A stretch of DNA of 64,000 nt, from the NCBI GenBank assembly GCA_964343875.1, contig CAYFJW010000001.1:9696-73695 (forward strand), in the 5' to 3' direction. The notes beneath the pieces were generated by a model, which was not told the DNA's origin, ran no database searches, and saw nothing but the letters and a program-made list of their open reading frames with translations. This DNA is from Candidatus Woesearchaeota archaeon. Lineage in GTDB: Archaea > Nanobdellota > Nanobdellia > SCGC-AAA011-G17 > UBA489. Every line of letters starts with the position of its first letter. Within the stretch, counting starts at the first letter, position 1. Below are positions 55,526 to 64,000 of the stretch, one piece after another. Position numbers and translations under genes: made by a program.

Positions 55526-56458
55526 ATGCCCCAAAAAACAAAGAAGTGCCCCGAATGCAATTCTACAAACCTAATCGCAGACCAAGACCGCGGTGAATTA
55601 GTCTGTAAAGACTGCGGCCTAGTTCTAGAAGAAAGAATGGTTGATTTCGGCCAGGAATGGAGAGAATTCGAAAACGACCAAGAAAAGAGGAGAAGAACTG
55701 GAGCACCTATGACATACACCCGTTATGACAGGGGTCTAGGAACAGACATCGGTCAGAGAGGAGATATCTTCCAATTAGATGGGAAGGGCATGAACAAATT
55801 CTTAAGACTTAGAAAATGGCAATACAGAATTTCAACAGCAATTGAAAGAAACCTAAAACTTGCATTAGCAGAACTAAAGCGTGTCGCTTCATACCTAAAA
55901 CTACCAAAGGCAGTTGAAGAAGAGGCAGCTAAAATTTACACATTAGCAGTTCAAAGAGGTTTAGTAAGAGGACGTTCCATGGAGTCAGTTGTTGCAGGCG
56001 CACTATACGCAGCATGCAGACGTCATGAAATCCCGAGAACATTAGACGAACTAAGCGAAGCTTCTGGAATAGAAAAGAAAGAAGTTGGAAGAACATATAG
56101 ATTCATTACAAGAGAATTAGGAATTAGAATACTTCCATCAAATCCAGTAGACTACATTCCAAGATTCGCATCAGCATTAAAACTTTCTGCAGAAACACAA
56201 TCCAAATCCGTCGAAATATTAGAAATGGCAGAAAAAGCAGATCTAACTTCGGGAAGAGGTCCAACTGGAATTGCAGCCGCATCCTTATATGTTGCAGCCC
56301 TAACAAATGACGAAAAAAGGACCCAAAGAGAAGTAGCAGATGTAGCAGGAGTAACAGAAGTTACTATCAGAAACAGGTATAAGGAGCTATTTAACAAACT
56401 AAATCTAAAAGATAAGTTTAAAAAAGAGCTAAACAAACCAAAACAAGAAGAGGAGTAG
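55526..56458 (+). CDS. tfb: Transcription initiation factor TFB
   Basis: Zn ribbon CPECNS...CKDCG, B-reader/linker, two cyclin repeats. AGGAGGAG Shine-Dalgarno at 55512-55519. Confidence 0.95.
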   Translation: MPQKTKKCPECNSTNLIADQDRGELVCKDCGLVLEERMVDFGQEWREFENDQEKRRRTGAPMTYTRYDRGLGTDIGQRGDIFQLDGKGMNKFLRLRKWQYRISTAIERNLKLALAELKRVASYLKLPKAVEEEAAKIYTLAVQRGLVRGRSMESVVAGALYAACRRHEIPRTLDELSEASGIEKKEVGRTYRFITRELGIRILPSNPVDYIPRFASALKLSAETQSKSVEILEMAEKADLTSGRGPTGIAAASLYVAALTNDEKRTQREVADVAGVTEVTIRNRYKELFNKLNLKDKFKKELNKPKQEEE

Positions 56459-57301
56459 GTGATATTCATTTACAGAACCGAAATAAAAAAGAGTTTGAAA
56501 CAACTTAAATTGAAGCTTATCTTTCCGGATATCTTATTCTTCATAATTAGTTTATTCTTATTCGGAATGTTCACACGAGTAACGGGCCTTACAAACGTCC
56601 CTCCGGAAGCATTAGAGGCAGGACTTGAGTCATATGTAGCCTCAAACTTTGGTCCACTAATGGGGTCCATATTTGTATTTGTATTAATTGCGTTCTTCAT
56701 TGGAGCAGGATTAAAAGCATTCAAATTAAAAATGATCCTTGAAGCAATGAAGGGCAAGGACTTCGATATGTGGAAAGCCTTCAAAGATTCTCATAGATTC
56801 TATTGGAGAGTAATCGGATTAAAGATATTATCATTCGTAATATTATTGGTTGGTTTTGTTACAGCAATAATTATCTTCTTGTTATTGAGGAATATGGCTG
56901 AGCTCCTTGCAGGTGTACTCGCAGTGTTGCTTCTACTATTTGTAGTTCTAGCATTGTTATTAAAAGAAGCAGCATTGTTCCAAAAAGATGTAAACGCAGC
57001 AGATGCAATAGCCAACTCTTTCAAAACATTCAACAAACACAAAATGTTGATCTTTGGGTTATTGATTATAGTCCTAGCTGTAAACTTTGCAGCAGCAATC
57101 TTAGAAGGTATCTTCCCACAATCACCAGGGGCAATGGGTGTTATAATCTCAACAATATTCTTACTAATAATATTATTGATCTCTGCATGGGGCAACCTAT
57201 TCACCTTTAACATATACCAAAGAATAACAAAGAAAAGAACTTCTAAAAAGGTTAAGAGAACTAGAAGGAAAACAACTAAAAAAAAGAGAAAAGGTAACTA
57301 A
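56459..57301 (+). CDS. Polytopic membrane protein with Lys/Arg-rich C-terminal tail (GTG start)
   Basis: Five or six hydrophobic helices. Tail KKRTSKKVKRTRRKTTKKKRKGN. Confidence 0.5.
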   Translation: MIFIYRTEIKKSLKQLKLKLIFPDILFFIISLFLFGMFTRVTGLTNVPPEALEAGLESYVASNFGPLMGSIFVFVLIAFFIGAGLKAFKLKMILEAMKGKDFDMWKAFKDSHRFYWRVIGLKILSFVILLVGFVTAIIIFLLLRNMAELLAGVLAVLLLLFVVLALLLKEAALFQKDVNAADAIANSFKTFNKHKMLIFGLLIIVLAVNFAAAILEGIFPQSPGAMGVIISTIFLLIILLISAWGNLFTFNIYQRITKKRTSKKVKRTRRKTTKKKRKGN

Positions 57302-57795
57302 CATTCCCTGTGTTCTGGCCTATGTAAGAGCTCTCCTGTTTCTAGATCTTTAAAACCTACGAAGATATCTCTTGGCTTTGTTACTTCTTCCAAACCCGCT
57401 CTAAGTTTACCCCTTAACAAGGCAAGACCTTCAGGTGTGATTGCCGGAGATCTGCCAAAAACTTCAGAATATGCATTCTGTGGAGCGCTACCAGCATTGA
57501 TTTCATTCTCTGCATTTGCTGCAAAATCAACAAGGACGAATTCTTGAGAATAACTTCCAAGAGCTGTGAAATCAAACTTCCCAGACTCGCTCAATAGACG
57601 CTCTCTGTCTAAAAATGGAAATGTCCTACCAAGGCCCCTGCCTTCATTAGAGATCAACGAGGCTACATACCTACCAATACACTCGTCCCTTATTTCCCTA
57701 AAACCTGGAACAGGAGTTCCAGATAAAATTCTCTTTATTTCTTGCCTGTAAGGCATTAGCTCATCGCTTAATAACATAAGAAAAAAATAAACCAA
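57298..57795 (-). CDS. Hypothetical Arg-rich, Lys-poor cytoplasmic protein
   Basis: Intact ORF. The likely true start is MPYRQEIKRIL (ATG 57756). No recognised motif. Confidence 0.45.
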   Translation of the reverse strand: MVYFFLMLLSDELMPYRQEIKRILSGTPVPGFREIRDECIGRYVASLISNEGRGLGRTFPFLDRERLLSESGKFDFTALGSYSQEFVLVDFAANAENEINAGSAPQNAYSEVFGRSPAITPEGLALLRGKLRAGLEEVTKPRDIFVGFKDLETGELLHRPEHREC

Positions 57796-57838
57796 GACTT
57801 TATATCACTTTCTAAGAATTATTTATATATTTTATAAA

Positions 57839-58741
57839 TCAAACTTTAATTTTCATAAAATCCTTTGCAGCAATTACATCTTTCTTAAAGACTTTTTTTG
57901 CTTCCTTAACCATTTGTTCAACTTCAGCCATCTCATACCTTTGACTAAAATGGGTAATAGCTAACTTCTTACACTTACCTTTCTTCCCTAATTCGCCAGC
58001 ATCTTCAGATGTTAAATGTTTATACCTTTTAGCCCTAGCTTTCATGTCTTTCAAAAAAGTAGCCTCACAAATAAGTAGATCGGCATTTTTCCCAACATTA
58101 ACAGCGGCAGCACAAAAAGAAGTGTCTAACACAACTCCAACTTTCTTGCCTTCCTTAACATAAGTAACGCTCTTCCATTTAATTTTCTTGCCTTTATATT
58201 CAACGTCTTTCTTATTCTTCAATTTAGCAATAATTGGTCCAGAAGGTAATTTCAACTTCTTCATTTTAATTTTATCAACACAAACTTTATCCTTCTCTTT
58301 AGCATAATAACCCAAACAAGGAATACTATGTTTTAAAAAATAAGCTCCAAACTGATAATCTCCAGTATCCAAAAACACTCCACTCTTATCAATTACAGTA
58401 AAATTAATCTTTATCTTATGGCCCAAATCAAAAGTCCTAACTAATTGCATCAACTTCTTCTTAACATCAAGAGTTCCATAAATATCAATCTTCTTCTCAA
58501 AAGAATTCTTAGCCAAATTCTCTAACAAACCAGGCAAACCAAATATGTGATCTCCATGCCAATGTGAAATAAATATTCTTGTAATCTTTGGAGGTGCAAT
58601 CCCAGCAATTCTTAACTGCCTTTGCATATTTTCTCCGCAATCAACCAAAACTTTCTCCCTACCACAATCTATCAGAATGCCACTCTGTCCACGTTCCTTC
58701 GTAGGCACCATTGAAGAGGTCCCCAAAAATGTAACTTCCAT
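57839..58741 (-). CDS. rnz: Ribonuclease Z (tRNA 3' endonuclease)
   Basis: Metallo-beta-lactamase motif ISHWHGDHIFGLPGLL, LGTSSMVPTKER, ITHFSQRY. Confidence 0.9.
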   Translation of the reverse strand: MEVTFLGTSSMVPTKERGQSGILIDCGREKVLVDCGENMQRQLRIAGIAPPKITRIFISHWHGDHIFGLPGLLENLAKNSFEKKIDIYGTLDVKKKLMQLVRTFDLGHKIKINFTVIDKSGVFLDTGDYQFGAYFLKHSIPCLGYYAKEKDKVCVDKIKMKKLKLPSGPIIAKLKNKKDVEYKGKKIKWKSVTYVKEGKKVGVVLDTSFCAAAVNVGKNADLLICEATFLKDMKARAKRYKHLTSEDAGELGKKGKCKKLAITHFSQRYEMAEVEQMVKEAKKVFKKDVIAAKDFMKIKV

Positions 58742-58791
58742 CTAGAAATCTACCCAAAGACTTTTATAAATGATTCTTTTTTACAGCCAAT

Positions 58792-59322
58792 ATGGCAGCT
58801 AAGAAAACCTTCCAAGCAAATTTTGTTGGAGAAGGAGTAACGGCGGAGGATGGACCCAAACCTAGAGAACTCTATGACAAAAGCAGATTTGGAGAATTGG
58901 TTTCGGGCAAATTCAAATATTCATTATCAGAAGCACTCTTCTTACTTGAAAACAAAAAGATAGAAGTCCTAGACAGAAACAAAACACTAACAAAGGAAGA
59001 TTTCTTAAAAAAAGCAAGAAAGCTAGACAAGAACTTCTGGGTTAAATATGTAGTATTTTCTAACCTCAGAACTAAGGGCTACATTGTAAAAACAGCACTA
59101 AAATTCGGAGCGGACTTCAGAGTATATGATAAAGGAATCAAACCAGGACAAGACCACGCAAAATGGATTGTTTTCCCAGTACATGAATCAAACACATTAA
59201 CATGGCATGACTTCTCAGCCAAAAACAGAGTATCACATTCAACCAGAAAGAACCTTTTAATTGCAGTGGTAGACGAAGAAGATGACGTCACATACTACGA
59301 AATCGCTTGGAAAAAGCCATAA
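58792..59322 (+). CDS. endA: tRNA-splicing endonuclease EndA, short (176 aa) single-unit type
   Basis: LSEALFLLENKKIEV, YVVFSNLRTKGYIVKTALKFGADFRVY, HAKWIVFPV (catalytic Y/H/K context). The size matches homotetrameric alpha4 enzymes. Confidence 0.9.
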   Translation: MAAKKTFQANFVGEGVTAEDGPKPRELYDKSRFGELVSGKFKYSLSEALFLLENKKIEVLDRNKTLTKEDFLKKARKLDKNFWVKYVVFSNLRTKGYIVKTALKFGADFRVYDKGIKPGQDHAKWIVFPVHESNTLTWHDFSAKNRVSHSTRKNLLIAVVDEEDDVTYYEIAWKKP

Positions 59323-59353
59323 TTCTTATATATCCAGACACTAAAAATAGCAT

Positions 59354-60223
59354 ATGCTAGATGCCCATTCCTTAGCAGAAAAAGCTGCTAACAAACCCCC
59401 AGAAGAAGAGAAGAAACCAACTAAAAATCTTAAAACACAAGTTCTAGAATTCTTACAAAATGAAGGACCTTCTTTCCCAGTTAAAATTGCACAAGGGGTT
59501 GGAAGAGAATCATTCTTCGTTGGAGCAGTATTGTCAGAATTAACAGAAGTTAAAACAATAAAACTAAGCAAGGCAAAGGTAGGTGGATCAAGAGTCTATT
59601 ACATACCGGGCCAAGAAGAAAAACTATCAATACTATATGAGTATCTTCCAGATGCAGAAAAGAAAGCATACGACTTACTAAAGGAAAAAGAAGTAATTAA
59701 GGCAAAAGAAACAACTCCCGTAATGAGGGTTGCATTAAATAACATTTCTGACTTCTCAAAACCAATAACAATCAATGGAGAACCAGCATGGCAATGGTAC
59801 TTATCCAAAGAAATTCCAAAAACACCAACTAAAACAATAAAGAGGCCAGAAGAAAACCAAACAAAAATAGTTCCAGAAACTCCAAAACTTAAGCCTAGAC
59901 CGAAAAAAGAAGACACCTTCTCAAGAAACATTGAAACATTCTTTACAAACAACAACATCAAGATCTTACAAAAAGAAATCATAAGAAAGAACACAGAATC
60001 CAATTTCGTAATAAAAATAGCCTCTCAAATAGGACCATTAGAAATGTTTGTATGTGCAAAAAACAAAAAGAAGATTTCAGATCAAGACATAATGCTAGCA
60101 CACCAAAAAGGCCAAAATAAAAAAATGCCAACACTATTCCTAACGACGGGAGAACAAACAAGGAAATCAAAGGAGTATCTAGAGAAAACATTAAAAGGTT
60201 TTATGGTATTTAAAAAAATATGA
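59354..60223 (+). CDS. Hypothetical protein with N-terminal winged helix
   Basis: VLEFLQNEGPSFPVKIAQGVGRESFFVGAVLSEL...GGSRVYYIPGQ is wHTH-like. The C-terminal third has a weak restriction-endonuclease-like pattern (not confident). Confidence 0.4.
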   Translation: MLDAHSLAEKAANKPPEEEKKPTKNLKTQVLEFLQNEGPSFPVKIAQGVGRESFFVGAVLSELTEVKTIKLSKAKVGGSRVYYIPGQEEKLSILYEYLPDAEKKAYDLLKEKEVIKAKETTPVMRVALNNISDFSKPITINGEPAWQWYLSKEIPKTPTKTIKRPEENQTKIVPETPKLKPRPKKEDTFSRNIETFFTNNNIKILQKEIIRKNTESNFVIKIASQIGPLEMFVCAKNKKKISDQDIMLAHQKGQNKKMPTLFLTTGEQTRKSKEYLEKTLKGFMVFKKI

Positions 60224-61119
60224 AATGGACGTTTTTACTGCTAATATTCTTTGCAATCATCCCAATAGCTAGCGCAGCTACGGTGACAAACACCATGGAG
60301 AATATAGATGATTATTATTACCTAGTTCTAGGAGAAAATTCAATTGGGGGAGACACTATTTCAGCAACAGAGATTGCATTGGGACTACAAAACCACAATA
60401 ACTTGGATGTAAAAACAGTTCTGGAGGATGAAATAAGCTCAAGCCTACCAAGAATACTAATTGGTCCGCCTTGTGGAAGCACCTACATGAAAGAAGTATT
60501 AGGTTACACCTGTGACCTATGGCCTTATGAAGAAGGGCAGGCAATAATTAAAGTTAACAACAATGATTTAGTTGTAACTGGTACAACTCCAAATGACAGG
60601 AGACGTGCAGGATTAATCCTAAAAGATTATCCCAATTATCCAATACTAGCTGAATATTCATTTATTTTAGTTTCAGGAACATCATTAGAACCAGTAAACT
60701 TAGATTTAGAAAAAGCAAAAGAAGAAGATGAATTCACTTGTGGAGATGGAATATGTGAACCTGGAGAAGCATTCTTATGTTTTCCCGATTGCAACAAACA
60801 ATCCTGTTTTGATATTTGTCAAGAAGAAGGTTTTGAAGGAGCATTTTGTAGAGAAATCCCTACAAATCCAAATGTACTAATCTGTGGAGATGGAGAAGTA
60901 AACAAAGGAATGCAATACTGCACATCAAAAAAATCTTGTTGCTGTCAACCAAAAACCACAGAAGAAAATACGCCAATTCAAGTTCCAGAACAACTGACCA
61001 CCAACAAAGAGAACTTCGTAGACTCCTTCCTAAAAGGCGAGGCCGCAGGCCTAATAGTCACAATGTCTCTCATAATCGTAGGATTCATTATCCTTCTAGC
61101 CTTCATCCTCACAAGATAG
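60220..61119 (+). CDS. Secreted Cys-rich protein with C-terminal TM anchor
   Basis: Signal MKWTFLLLIFFAIIPIASA, CGDGICEPGEAFLCFPDC module, C-terminal LIVTMSLIIVGFIILLAFIL. Confidence 0.5.
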   Translation: MKWTFLLLIFFAIIPIASAATVTNTMENIDDYYYLVLGENSIGGDTISATEIALGLQNHNNLDVKTVLEDEISSSLPRILIGPPCGSTYMKEVLGYTCDLWPYEEGQAIIKVNNNDLVVTGTTPNDRRRAGLILKDYPNYPILAEYSFILVSGTSLEPVNLDLEKAKEEDEFTCGDGICEPGEAFLCFPDCNKQSCFDICQEEGFEGAFCREIPTNPNVLICGDGEVNKGMQYCTSKKSCCCQPKTTEENTPIQVPEQLTTNKENFVDSFLKGEAAGLIVTMSLIIVGFIILLAFILTR

Positions 61120-61129
61120 TGTGGAAAAT

Positions 61130-61138
61130 CTTTTAAAC
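61130..61138 (+). promoter_or_regulatory. TATA-like box (CTTTTAAAC) upstream of tRNA-Asn
   Basis: Ends 25 nt upstream of tRNA position 1 (61163). Confidence 0.4.
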
Positions 61139-61162
61139 AATCCAGATTAGCTTTACTATCAA

Positions 61163-61302
61163 GTCTCGGTAGCTCAGTGGTTAGAGCACACCAAGTGGCC
61201 TAAAGGCGCAAGGGCTCAAACGGCTGTTATCCTTCTAGGGTAAGGCTGAAAACCCATAGGGCTGAGACCGTGAGGTCGGAGGTTCAAATCCTCCCCGGGA
61301 CG
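61163..61302 (+). tRNA. tRNA with doubly interrupted anticodon arm; best reading is tRNA-Asn(GUU) with two introns (61190..61219 and 61230..61266)
   Basis: Intact acceptor GTCTCGG/CCGGGAC + G73, D arm GCTC-AGTGGTTA-GAGC, T arm GGAGG-TTCAAAT-CCTCC. 67 extra nt lie in the anticodon arm. Joining 61163-89 + 61220-29 + 61267-302 gives stem CACGG/CCGTG and loop CTGTTAA (73 nt). Confidence 0.65.
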
Positions 61303-61356
61303 CTTTTTTCTCGCCAGAAAATCTTATAAATTGGTATAAAAAGAAATTAAAAGCAA

Positions 61357-61430
61357 GAGCCCGTGGCTTAGTCTGGTAGAGCACTCGACTGATAATCGAG
61401 AGGTCGTCGGTTCAAATCCGATCGGGCTCA
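61357..61430 (+). tRNA. tRNA-Ile(GAU)
   Basis: Acceptor GAGCCCG/CGGGCTC + A73, anticodon arm CTCGA-CTGATAA-TCGAG, T arm GTCGG-TTCAAAT-CCGAT. Confidence 0.9.
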
Positions 61431-61447
61431 CTCAAATTTATTTCAAA

Positions 61448-62065
61448 ATGAAGAAAACCTTAAAAAAAGTAAAAAAGAGCACAAAAAAGATGGTTAAGAA
61501 CAAAACCACCATACTTCCAATTATCTTAGTCCTTATCATTATTGCAGTATTTGCCTTCTTTATTACAGGCCCAGGAAATAATTACAACAGTGAAGCAGAA
61601 TATGAAATAACTGAAATAGATATTTTTTCATTAGAAAATTTTAATGCAAATGATGTTTCTGTAATGGGACTCATGGTTGGAGATAGAACACAAACGCTCT
61701 TAGAAAAGTTAGGATCTCCAGATTTACAAACAGACTATCGTGGCGGAACTTCAACTTTAGAATACTCGGAATCAATCGGATTAGATGAGCCTGGATTAAT
61801 CGTCTTGGTAGATAATGGGGTTGTAAAAAGAATCACAGTAAAACCTACATTTAATGAGTTCTTAGTTGGAAAAACAAAAGCAAACTTGGAAAAAGAAGAA
61901 ATTTACGCATTGTATGGTGCGCCTGACGAAGTCGTTAGAATGCCATTAAAACAAGATTCCACATTAGTAATCAAATCATTACTCTACCACACAAAAGGAT
62001 TAGAATTCACAATAAGGAAAAATACAGCATTAGGTTTCTCATTAAACCTTAATGATGCTAACTAA
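61448..62065 (+). CDS. Hypothetical membrane-anchored protein
   Basis: Lys-rich N-terminus, one TM (ILPIILVLIIIAVFAFFI), extracytoplasmic domain of about 160 aa. Confidence 0.45.
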   Translation: MKKTLKKVKKSTKKMVKNKTTILPIILVLIIIAVFAFFITGPGNNYNSEAEYEITEIDIFSLENFNANDVSVMGLMVGDRTQTLLEKLGSPDLQTDYRGGTSTLEYSESIGLDEPGLIVLVDNGVVKRITVKPTFNEFLVGKTKANLEKEEIYALYGAPDEVVRMPLKQDSTLVIKSLLYHTKGLEFTIRKNTALGFSLNLNDAN

Positions 62066-62387
62066 CTCTTGATCCAATATCGATTGACTTCTCTGGAGAA
62101 ATAAGAATTACTTTCTCACTTTTAACTGCAGCAAGAACCATCCCTTCACTCTTAACACCTCTTAGCTCAGCAGGTTCTAAATTAGCAAAGATAACAACTT
62201 CCATCCCTTTTAATTCATCTACAGAATAATACCCCTTCAAACCAGCCACAATAGTTCTAGGATTATCTTCACCAATATCAACCTTCATAACTAACAACTT
62301 ATCAGCATTAGGATGATCCTCTACTTCCAATATCTTCCCAACTCTCAAATCCAGTTTTTGCCAATCCTTAAAACTAATCTCGGCCAT
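62058..62387 (-). CDS. Trbp111/CsaA-like tRNA-binding OB domain (MetRS C-terminal domain encoded as a separate ORF)
   Basis: FKDWQKLDLRVGKILEVEDHPNADKLLVMKVDIG...TIVAGL...ANLEPAELRGVKSEGMVLAA. Confidence 0.85.
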   Translation of the reverse strand: MAEISFKDWQKLDLRVGKILEVEDHPNADKLLVMKVDIGEDNPRTIVAGLKGYYSVDELKGMEVVIFANLEPAELRGVKSEGMVLAAVKSEKVILISPEKSIDIGSRVS

Positions 62388-63813
62388 TTTCTATCTTATT
62401 GAATAACACTTCAGCTTTTTTAACTTTACTAATCTTCAACTTCTCCTTAAGACCGCTATATTCTAGCTTAAAGTTAAAGACCCTAGATATCTTCTCACAG
62501 GTCTCAGGAATAAACGGACTCAATAATATTGCAATATCCTTTATAGCATTACTCAACTGATACAATACTCTATTGTCCTTAGTCTCCCAAGGTTTCTTCT
62601 CCTGTATGTATTCATTACAATGATCGACAAAAGAGAATATAACATTCAAGGCCTTATCAAACTCTAACCTATCCAAATGCTGTTCAACCTCTTTAACAGT
62701 TCCACTTACATCTAAAGCATCATCTTCACTTAAATCATATTTCTCGACCAAAGCAGAAACCCTACTAACTAAATTACCTAACTTATCAGCTAATTCACTA
62801 TTATGCCTCTCAATTAAAGCATTCTCTGAAAAGTCTCCATCATCACCAAATGGAAAGTGTCTCAAACAAAAATACCTAATTGAATCTGCACCATATTTCT
62901 TAACAAGCACATCTGAAGATATAGCGTTGCCCAGAGACTTAGATATTTTCTGACCATTAAATGTTAAAAATCCATGATTGAACACCTTCAAAGGCAATTC
63001 AATACCTGCAGACTTCAACATCGCAGGCCAATAAACACAGTGGAACCAAGAATTATCCTTGCCCAGTAAATGTAAATTTGCAGGCCAATAATTCTTACCA
63101 ACAACACCAGTATAATAGTTAATCAAAGCATCAAACCAAACATATGTTACATGTTTATCATCCAATGGAAAAGGTATTCCCCAATTAAATGAAGTCCTCG
63201 ATATACTCAAATCTTGCAATCCTTCTTTAACTCTGTTAACAATCTCATTCTTCCTTTCCCTTGGAGAGATAAATTCAGGATTCTTTTCATACAAATCCAA
63301 TAAAAAATCCTTATATTCCGACAATTTAAAGAAATAAGATTCCTCTTTCAAATTTTCTAAAGGCTTCTTATGAATGGGACAAACTAAATTTGGAGCATCT
63401 TTCTCAGTATAATAAGCTTCACAACCAACGCAATACAACCCACTATACTCACCCTTGTAAATATCCCCTTTATCATTAACTTTAGTGATAATGTCTTTAA
63501 CAACCTTCAAATGATCCTCATCAGTTGTTCGAATAAATCTATCCGGCTGGATATTCAAATTCTTCCAGGCATCTTTAAACTTCACAGAAACTTCATCAAC
63601 AAAATCCTTAGTATCCTTTCCAGCCTTCTTAGCAGAATCAGCAACCTTCTTACCATGCTCATCGGTTCCAGTCAAATAAAATACATCCTTCCCAAGAAGC
63701 TTATGCCATCTAGCCAAAACATCGGCAACAATCTTCTGATACGCATGTCCTATATGTGGCTCAGCATTCACATAATCGATTGCCGTAGTCACATAAAATG
63801 TGTTTTTTGTCAT
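62374..63813 (-). CDS. metG: Methionyl-tRNA synthetase core (no C-terminal tRNA-binding domain)
   Basis: YVNAEPHIGHAY (HIGH), zinc knuckle CVGCEAYY...CPIH, KISKSLGN (KMSKS). Start placed at MTKNTFYVTT (ATG 63813). Confidence 0.95.
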   Translation of the reverse strand: MTKNTFYVTTAIDYVNAEPHIGHAYQKIVADVLARWHKLLGKDVFYLTGTDEHGKKVADSAKKAGKDTKDFVDEVSVKFKDAWKNLNIQPDRFIRTTDEDHLKVVKDIITKVNDKGDIYKGEYSGLYCVGCEAYYTEKDAPNLVCPIHKKPLENLKEESYFFKLSEYKDFLLDLYEKNPEFISPRERKNEIVNRVKEGLQDLSISRTSFNWGIPFPLDDKHVTYVWFDALINYYTGVVGKNYWPANLHLLGKDNSWFHCVYWPAMLKSAGIELPLKVFNHGFLTFNGQKISKSLGNAISSDVLVKKYGADSIRYFCLRHFPFGDDGDFSENALIERHNSELADKLGNLVSRVSALVEKYDLSEDDALDVSGTVKEVEQHLDRLEFDKALNVIFSFVDHCNEYIQEKKPWETKDNRVLYQLSNAIKDIAILLSPFIPETCEKISRVFNFKLEYSGLKEKLKISKVKKAEVLFNKIENGRD

Positions 63814-63893
63814 ATTCTCTCTTCTTAATTGATGTATTATTAAGCTTTCTAAAAGCAAATATTAAAAACAGATTCTATTTCCAATAGGAACAT

Positions 63894-63966
63894 AGCCCTG
63901 TAGTGTAGTGGTCAAGCATACAAGGTTCTGGGCCTTGGGACCCAGGTTCAAATCCTGGCAGGGCTA
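63894..63966 (+). tRNA. tRNA-Gln(CUG)
   Basis: Acceptor AGCCCTG/CAGGGCT + A73 (A1:U72 is typical of archaeal tRNA-Gln). D region GTGTAGTGGTCAAGCAT, anticodon arm CAAGG-TTCTGGG-CCTTG, T arm CCAGG-TTCAAAT-CCTGG. Confidence 0.9.
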
Positions 63967-64000
63967 TACACTTAAAAACATAAAATAAATCCCAGAAATA

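Noticed and set aside
61244-61254. Alternative reading of the interrupted tRNA as tRNA-Phe(GAA), using the arm-like segment GG-CTGAAAA-CC inside intron 2. A third look-alike, GG-CTGAGA-CC, lies at 61260-61269.
   Set aside because: The discriminator is G73 (expected for Asn, while Phe normally has A73). The GUU reading yields BHB-like motifs with correctly placed 3-nt bulges, which I could not build for the GAA reading. The triple GGCTG...CC repetition remains odd and is worth checking experimentally.
61230-61266. C/D-box sRNA embedded in the tRNA intron, as in euryarchaeal tRNA-Trp. CUGA (D-box-like) occurs at 61246-61249 and 61262-61265.
   Set aside because: No C box (RUGAUGA) is present anywhere in the introns.
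1-64000. CRISPR arrays, rRNA genes, RNase P or SRP RNA
   Set aside because: No regularly spaced direct repeats were seen. No non-coding gap exceeds about 150 nt, and none shows rRNA-like or RNase P-like conserved strings.
1-64000. Alternative genetic code or stop-codon recoding
   Set aside because: All conserved housekeeping genes (polB, ileS, mcm, top6AB, ths, metG and others) are full-length and uninterrupted under the standard code.

Overview
AT-rich, very tightly packed archaeal chromosome segment. Many start/stop overlaps, short proteins and almost no metabolic genes suggest a small-genome DPANN-type archaeon (inference). The backbone is information processing: MetAP, intein-containing PolB, FEN1, RFC large and small subunits, IleRS, TBP, MCM plus an RPA32-like OB-fold protein, aIF2-beta, aIF1A, topoisomerase VI B/A, thermosome, Kae1, YchF-type GTPase, Adk, L41e/L37e/S8e, LSm, TFB, RNase Z, EndA and a split MetRS. 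I find nine tRNA genes by eye; four are interrupted. The strongest finding is a tRNA-Thr(UGU) whose canonical 37/38 bulge-helix-bulge intron is 444 nt long. It is almost entirely filled by a 134-aa PD-(D/E)XK (I-Ssp6803I-like) endonuclease ORF, and the ORF's UAA stop is the 3' splice bulge itself. Other notable items: a two-intron tRNA-Asn with a 10-nt micro-exon; an intron-containing tRNA-Ile(UAU); a free-standing LAGLIDADG ORF that reads into tRNA-Leu(UAG) and stops inside its intron; and a LAGLIDADG intein in the PolB YGD/TDS motif. There are also four tandem Arg-rich paralogs of unknown function, a giant (1833 aa) surface-protein operon, a SWIM-DDE transposase coupled to an HsdR_N-like gene, and a FlaI/VirB11 N-domain-only protein. 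No rRNA or CRISPR array was seen. All family calls are from motif recognition by eye, not database searches.
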